DNA of 61,363 nucleotides, the filler included, from Kipferlia bialata (lineage: Eukaryota): assembly GCA_003568945.1 (NCBI GenBank). It is 4 parts of 4 records of this genome, joined end to end, with 100 filler letters (N's around TTAATTAATTAA, not from the genome) between each part and the next. Parts side by side here need not be neighbours in the genome. Positions count along the whole stretch, not along the records: positions 44,663 to 56,956 come from BDIP01000361.1; positions 57,057 to 61,363 come from BDIP01000367.1; 2 more parts are not named here. One strand, written 5' to 3'. Made by a program: the position numbers and the translations under genes. This document shows, piece after piece, positions 54,574-61,363 of this stretch. Below the pieces are notes generated by a model that was not told the DNA's origin, did not search any database, and worked only from the letters and a program-made list of their open reading frames with translations. Every line of letters starts with the position of its first letter. The first letter of the stretch is position 1.

Positions 54574-55959
54574 CTAGAGGGGCATCCCATCAAGTGCCAC
54601 GAGGATAGACCCCAGCACCTCTGCCCTCACTCTCTGCACCTCTGTTCTAGTGGTACCAGGGCTCAGGAGAGAGAGGACCTTCTCAGCACATGCACCTAGC
54701 AGGGAGAGAGGGGTATGGGCTGGGAATGCCCCCACTGCCCATAGCAGATGCTCCACCACAGAGGGTGGCAGGGAGGGTGTCTCACCCTGGGTGCACACAC
54801 AGAGGGAGAGAGAGAGACTACCGCAGCACAGCATGTCCACACACACGCCATCAGCTGAGGAAGGGGCCGCTCTAATAGCACCCCTAGTCTCGTCCAGCTG
54901 CATCTGGGCCATGCCCTCAGCACAGTACTCCACGGCACCCCCTGCTAGGCATAGACATGCCAGTGCGTACGTAGTGGCGTGTGCCCTCTTCCTGTACAGC
55001 CTCTGGTGCGGCACCTGCAGGGCGAGGGCTGCCAGGGCCCCTGCTCTAGAGGGTGTCTCTATGGTGTCTGGGAGGAGCACACACCTGCGCAGGGTGCGGC
55101 CTAGGCTGGCCGCATCTACACTGGACTGGGGGGTCTTTAGGGGGTGGGACAGAATGGGCTGGGTGTAGTGGGAGGCCACGGAGAGAGAGCACGCAGAGGG
55201 GGCCGCAGAGAGAGAGAGGAGGCCGGTCACGTCGGTGTACCTGGGGGTGAGGGGTTAGTGAGAGAGCAGCCAGTCTAATAATACAGCTCTATACTCACAC
55301 ACAATATAGACACATACCTCCTCATTGGTTGGGCACTGCCTATGGGCTCTGCGAGGGGTGTCTCGAAGAGTGCGTCCAGGGAGAGTAGGAGGGGTGATAG
55401 GGAGGGAGCCACCCCATCCAAGCACAGAATGTGCTGGAGCAGGGCAGAGGTACCCACACCTAGGGACACAGGTGCATCTGTGGCGTTGGTAGTCGCATAG
55501 GTACCAAGCTCCCTTGAGAGGTACTGCACCACCTTGGTGCACAGTGTGCCCTCGGAGGGTGTGCGTGTACGGCTGCATGCCTGCTCTACTGCCAGGGCTG
55601 ACAATAAGGGTGTACCGAGAGAGAGAGAGAGAGAGAGAGAATGTGCACCATGACCATACCTGACACCAGTGCCGAGGGGAGGGAGAGAGAGAGGGAGGCA
55701 GGGGTGGAGACAGCGGGGACAGAGAGGGAGAGGTCCACCTCCCCACTGAGCACGGCCTCTGCTATGACAGACAGGGGGGTCAGGGTCAGGGAGTAGGCCA
55801 TGAGGCGGAGGACTGGGGGGTGAGGGAAGGCAGGGGGATGACACTTGTCTCTATTAACGGTGCATCCTATATGCACAATACCTGCTGCCAGCAGCCTGTG
55901 CATCTGGGGCATGTGGCCATGGGAGGGGAGGGCACGCACAAGGGCATGGCCCACCTAGG

Positions 55960-55994
<35 letters not shown>

Positions 55995-56956
55995 ATGATC
56001 CACACTCACCGCAGCCAGGGCCTCTGCCAGAGGCTTAGGGAATGGTGTCAGGGCATGGCCAGCAGCCAGTGCCTCAGTGAGTGAGAGGACTGCCTGTGCC
56101 CCCTCCTCAACAAGTGAGGCATGGAGGGGGGTGTCGATGCTGCCACACAGGATGCCATCCACCCTGGGGTGAGAATGAGAATGACCACATACAATATTAA
56201 GGAATACTAAGGTAAAATATAGCAGGGTAGGTATAGCCATACCTGTCGTAGACCTCCAGCAACACTCCCCCTGCCACACTACAATACTATACTTACGCTG
56301 AAGACAGCAAACATGTACTAGGGAATGTGTGTGCAGCCATACCTGTCGTAGACCTCCAGTAGCACTCCCCCTGCCACACACACAATGGAGGGACAGAGGG
56401 GGGCAGAGTCTACGGACACAGATGCCCTATCTGCTGTCTGGGCCAGTGAGACCAGCTCGGTAACCCACCCAGCGGCATGGAGGGGGGCAAAGTGGCCTGG
56501 TATATAAGAGAGAGTGACGACACACATATGTATACAACACATTGCCACAAAATAGAGATCTACATAAATATACACGTATGTATATATATCATATAAACTA
56601 CTCTACATACACACACATACCGGGGGCAGGTGCCTCTGGGAATGTGCTGAATGGCAGTGTGAGTCTAGACACTGATAGGGCAGAGGAGAGAGAGAGGTGC
56701 ACGGGGATGCGGCTGGCAGGGATAGACATGACACGGGAGATGAACTCGCCTGGGGGTTAGGGATGCTGTCAGAGTGGCCTACTGACCACCGCTGTCTCTC
56801 CCTCACTTTCTCTATGTATATATTCCACAGCTGTATAGACATACTTCTCCATTACCTGAGTCTGCTGCAAGTGCTGTGAGGGTGGCCACCACGGCTGTCC
56901 TGAGTCTGGCATCCACATGGGGGGCAGACAGGACAAGCCTATGTATTAGACATGAG
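54574..56956 (-). CDS. Hypothetical multi-exon, Leu/Ala-rich helical protein; 5' end cut by contig edge
   Basis: GC-rich exons flanked by ctcacccccag acceptors and gt donors; last exon within ORF 54574-55230. Confidence 0.5.
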
Positions 56957-57056
56957 NNNNNNNNNNNNNNNNNNNNNNNNNNNNNNNNNNNNNNNNNNNN
57001 TTAATTAATTAANNNNNNNNNNNNNNNNNNNNNNNNNNNNNNNNNNNNNNNNNNNN
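56957..57056. other. Artificial contig spacer
   Basis: TTAATTAATTAA at 57001-57012 within an N run. Confidence 0.97.
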
Positions 57057-57108
<52 letters not shown>

Positions 57109-57123
57109 CCCTCTGACCCCCAG

Positions 57124-60100
57124 GATAGTCAGGGACAGGGCAGTGGCACTCTATGTAGACATGCACGGACACTCTAGGTATTGTACAGATCAGTGTATGT
57201 ATTATGTTCAATACCAATGAAGTGGAGTGTTATCGCCACAGCAGACGTGTTCCTCTCTCCCTTACTCCAGGCGCAAGAACGTCTTCATGTATGGGTGTGA
57301 CAACAAGAGAGACCCGGCACTGCTGCACTACGAGAGGGTTCTTCCCAGGTACATTTAGTAAGTATATGTAGTATATATAGAGGATTGAATATTCACATGT
57401 TGATATCTCATCTCGCTGTCTCTCTGTCTCTCTCTCATTCTCTTTCTCTCTGCACCCTTACCCTAAGGATCCTCGATGACTTTGGCCCCTCCTTCAACTA
57501 CGAGGATTGCACGTTCAAGGTATATACGACTAGTCATCAATAATATATGTATATATGTATGTATGTATGTATATTAACTACCTAGTATATATGCTATACT
57601 CTATAGATACATCCTTCAACTACGAGGACTGTACATTCAAGATATGGGTATGTGTGTATATACTAAGTGTATACTATACTCTATATTCTTTCCTGCATAC
57701 TAGTTCTAAGACATATATCTAATACATATATCTAATACATATTAATGCAGCGTAACAAGGAGGGCACTGCCAGGCTGGTTGTCAACACTATATATTATTC
57801 CTCATATATGTCACATATATATAGTATTCTATATTAGATGCTAGTGTAATACGTATGCTCATACCAGATGCAGCGTAGCAAGGAAGGCACCGCCAGACTG
57901 GTTGTGAGTATAGGATATACACTCTTCATATATTCTTATGTATATGATATACTATCCATACTAACCCTCTAGATGCAGAGGTCTAAGGAGGGCACCGCCA
58001 GACTGGTTGTTAGTGTGTATATATATATATACATATCCAACATGAGTTGGATCCAATATACTCTGTACTGTATACTATGTATCATCTTCTTATACCAGAT
58101 GCAGCGTAGCAAGGAGGGCACCGCCAGACTGGTTGTGAGTATATACATATACATACTCTCCTCTCCCTATTTATTAATGTATGTATATAAATATATACCC
58201 ATACCAGATGCAGCACTCTAAGGAAGGCACCGCCAGACTGGTTGTCAGTATATGAGTATATACCATACTATCCAATACCATATGTATTATGTATATATAT
58301 ACTAACTGTAGATGCAGCGTAGCAAGGAGGGTACAGCCAGACTGGTTGTGAGGAAGGAGTACAACGTGGTCAACTCCTTCACCATGGAGGCATCGTTCTG
58401 TGGGACAAATCAGGGTATGTATACCCTCAATGTATTCTATTTGTGCTGCGTATGTGTGTGTACTCCGTGTTGTGACTCTCAGGCAAGTACTGTGACATTC
58501 AGTTCAACGAGGCTGATACATGCATATCCCGATACAACGCATATAGAGACATACTTACTGTATATTATGAGCATAAGTGATTATATACTAACCCCCCAGG
58601 CAAGTACTGTGACGTCCAGTTCAACGAGGCTGTTATTTGTATATATACCTATATCAAATAGTATATACATATATATATATATATAAGAATACTTATACAT
58701 CTATGTACTTATCATCAGGCAAGTACTGTGACATCCAGTTCAACGAGGCTGATGTACATATACATTTAAATAGTTTTACTGTTATAGTAATATGTGTGAA
58801 TACATACTCTAACTCCTAGGCAAGTACTGTGACATCCAGTTCAACGAGGCTGCCCTGATGGAGATGGGGGCGGCATTAGGTATATATAGTGTATAACTAT
58901 AGTATAAATATATAGAATAGTATACAATAGTATGTGGATCATTATTTCTTAGATCTATTTGTATATATATTAGAGGCTGCCCTGATGGAGATGGGGGCGG
59001 CACTAGGTACAATATGTATTGTACAAAGAATAGTATATATAGGGAGAGAGAGATAGAGAGAGAGTGGCCCTGATGGAGATGTGGACGGCACTAGGTATAG
59101 GGATACAATCTTTCACATATTGTCAGAATATTCAATTCTCTCTCTCTCTCCCCCCCTGTACACCCTAATATACTAGGCAAGGCCATTCTGCACTCCTTTC
59201 CTACTCCGTCCTTCTCTCTCTCTCTCTCCCTCTCTACACCCTTTAATCAATCAGGCAAGGCCATCCTGCACTCCTTTGCCACTGACACCACCCCCGGTGA
59301 TGCTGCCACTGATCTATCACACCCTGGTGTGCCCCCTCTAAGTGAGGCTGGTCGAGAGGTATGTACTAGTGTATTGTATATATTAATATTATATAATGTA
59401 TGTAGCATATATATACACTGACCTCTCCCACCCTGGGGTACCACCCCTGTCTGAGGCTGGTAGAGAGGTATACATACTATGTATATAGTATAAGTATACT
59501 ATAGTATAGTATATATATAAGAATAGTATATATGTATATATATATACACTGACCTGTCGCACCCTGGGGTGCCTCCATTGAGTGAGGCTGGGAGAGAGGT
59601 ATGCATATATACTAGTGTATATATATATTTTTACATTTATAAGGTGCCACCATTGAGGGAGGCTGGTAGAGCGGTATTGACTCTCTTTCTCTCTATCTCT
59701 CTCTCTCTCTCTACACTCTTTACCCCAGGTTCTCAACACCATCCGGACTGAGCTCCAGCGGACAGCAATGAGGAAGGAGGAGGAGGTGTGTATAGATTTA
59801 TATATGTGTGTATTCTAAAGTGGGTATTGTTTATACTGTGTATATACTATTATGTATGTACTACTATACATATGGAATATATAACTCCAGCGGACAGCTA
59901 TGAGGAAGGAGGAGGAGGTGGGGTGTATAGATTCATTAATATATGTTTGCTTCCTATAGTGTCTACCATACTCTTACTCTCTAGGTTGAGCCCATCGATG
60001 ACTCCGACTCAGAGTCTAGTATGTATATATATATCCTATATATATGCCAGGTTCCTATCTATATATCTATATATACATATATATACATATATATACATAT

Positions 60101-61363
60101 ATATATACATATATATACCTGTATATACCACTCATACTAGGTAGAGCCCATCGATGACTCCGACTCTGAGTCTGATGAAGAGCCAACAATCAGAGACCAG
60201 ATCAAGGTATATATACCCCAGAACGCTAAACGATAAACTTTCTATACTAAACGGCAGAGACCAGATCAAGGTAATAGGTATATATGCCCCTATATATACC
60301 ATGAAACGCTAAACGCTAAACGCTAAACGGCAGGGCAAGAAGGGCAATACCCCCCCACCTGATGCTGACACCCCTGCTGATGATGTCAACCCATACGAGG
60401 TGCTGGACAGTCTATCTTCCCTGCAGGTATGTACAAGGATGTATATATATATATATTCGTACTTTACAGTATATAAGTATATATATATACCCCTGCTGAT
60501 GATGTCAACCCCTATGAGGTGCTGGACAGCCTGTCCTCCTTGCAGGTATGTACATACACATATATATGTGTATATATGTATGCATTTGCTGGACTGTAGA
60601 ATCTACTGTAGTTGTATTGTTAGTGGCTACTTACTCCCTAGGTGGCCCTCAAGAGAGATTATATGTATAATAGTGAGTACTATAATGTATACTCTATATA
60701 TATGTAGTATAATAGTGCCTATTCTAACCCTAGGCCGCTCTCAAGAGAGACACGTCCAAGGACAAGTAATATTTTATGATATATACACACGTGTGATATA
60801 TTTAATGCTATTTCTGACTCTCTAGGCCGCCCTCAAGAGAGACACGTCCAAGGACAAGAAGATTGTATTCACAATAGTGTCTATTATATTATATACTGTG
60901 TATGTAGTATATTAGTGCCTATTCTGACACTCTAGGCCGCCCTCAAGAGAGACACCTCCAAGGACAAGAAGAAGAAGAAGAAGGCAAAGAAGGAGAAGGT
61001 ATCTATTGTACAATGTATTATACGTTTATAGTCACTTGTGTCACTGTATATTACATACGCATATTCTCTCTCTCTCTCTCTCTAGCCCCTTATTGTCAGG
61101 CTGCCAAGAAGAAGAAGAAGGTCAAGAAGAAGGAGGAAAAGGAGAAGGAGAAGGAAATGGAGGTATGGGATATATAAGTAATATGTATATATGTATATAT
61201 ATGTGTGTAGAGAGAGAGAGAGGGAGAGAGAGATAGAAGAAGGTGAAGAAGAAGGAGGAGAAGGAGAAAGAGAAAGAGAAGGAAATGGAGGTATGGGACA
61301 TATATGTTAGTATATATCTATAGAGAGAGGGGGGGGGGGGGGGGGAAGAGGAAGAAAAAGAAA
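57124..61363 (+). CDS. Cytosolic carboxypeptidase (M14D, CCP/AGBL/Nna1 family, tubulin deglutamylase type), partial; Lys/Glu-rich tail
   Basis: Spliced LYVDMHGHSRRKNVFMYGC...ERVLPRIL...FNYEDCTFKMQRSKEGTARLVV...NSFTMEASFCG...FNEAALMEMG shows the Zn-ligand HGH and catalytic FTxE motifs of CCPs. Confidence 0.92.
57610..61300 (+). repeat. Intronic tandem copies of exon edges in most introns of the CCP gene
   Basis: ATGCAG...GTTGT x6 (57745-58350); GCAAGTACTGTGAC..CAGTTCAACGAGGCTG x4 (58483-58852); GCCCTGATGGAGATG x3; GAGGCTGG.AGAG x4; GCCCTCAAGAGAGA x4 (60640-60965). Confidence 0.95.

Noticed and set aside
57745..58350. CRISPR-like pattern of about 36-nt repeats with unique spacers
   Set aside because: Repeats are copies of a eukaryotic exon start with splice sites, spacers are irregular AT-rich intron sequence, and there are no cas genes.
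60220..60330. (AAACGCT)n as a telomeric repeat
   Set aside because: Only a few units, inside an intron of the CCP gene.

Overview
Intron-rich eukaryotic (protist) DNA, not prokaryotic. The window holds four contigs joined by artificial N-TTAATTAATTAA-N spacers (about 22.3, 44.6 and 57.0 kb), so adjacency across spacers is meaningless. Intron style (GT...CTNAC-Nn-YAG with branch point next to the acceptor) and divergent kelch-like genes suggest a free-living fornicate such as Kipferlia; this is inference only. Genes: a 17-kb dynein-heavy-chain-like gene with degenerate P-loops, a vWA plus Cys-repeat protein, a 4-exon secreted double-defensin-like peptide, kelch-like proteins, a BRWD/PHIP-like WD40-bromodomain protein, a Dicer/RIG-I-type helicase with a dsRBD but no RNase III, ZMAT2/Snu23, a 50-aa Lys/Ala-rich protein, a stand-alone MYCBP2-type RING-Cys-relay ligase and a cytosolic carboxypeptidase. 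Main discovery: many introns, and one 3' flank, carry tandem 'echo' copies of the adjacent exon edge. The copies keep the splice site and differ from the real exon mostly at synonymous codon positions. All exon models were derived by eye.
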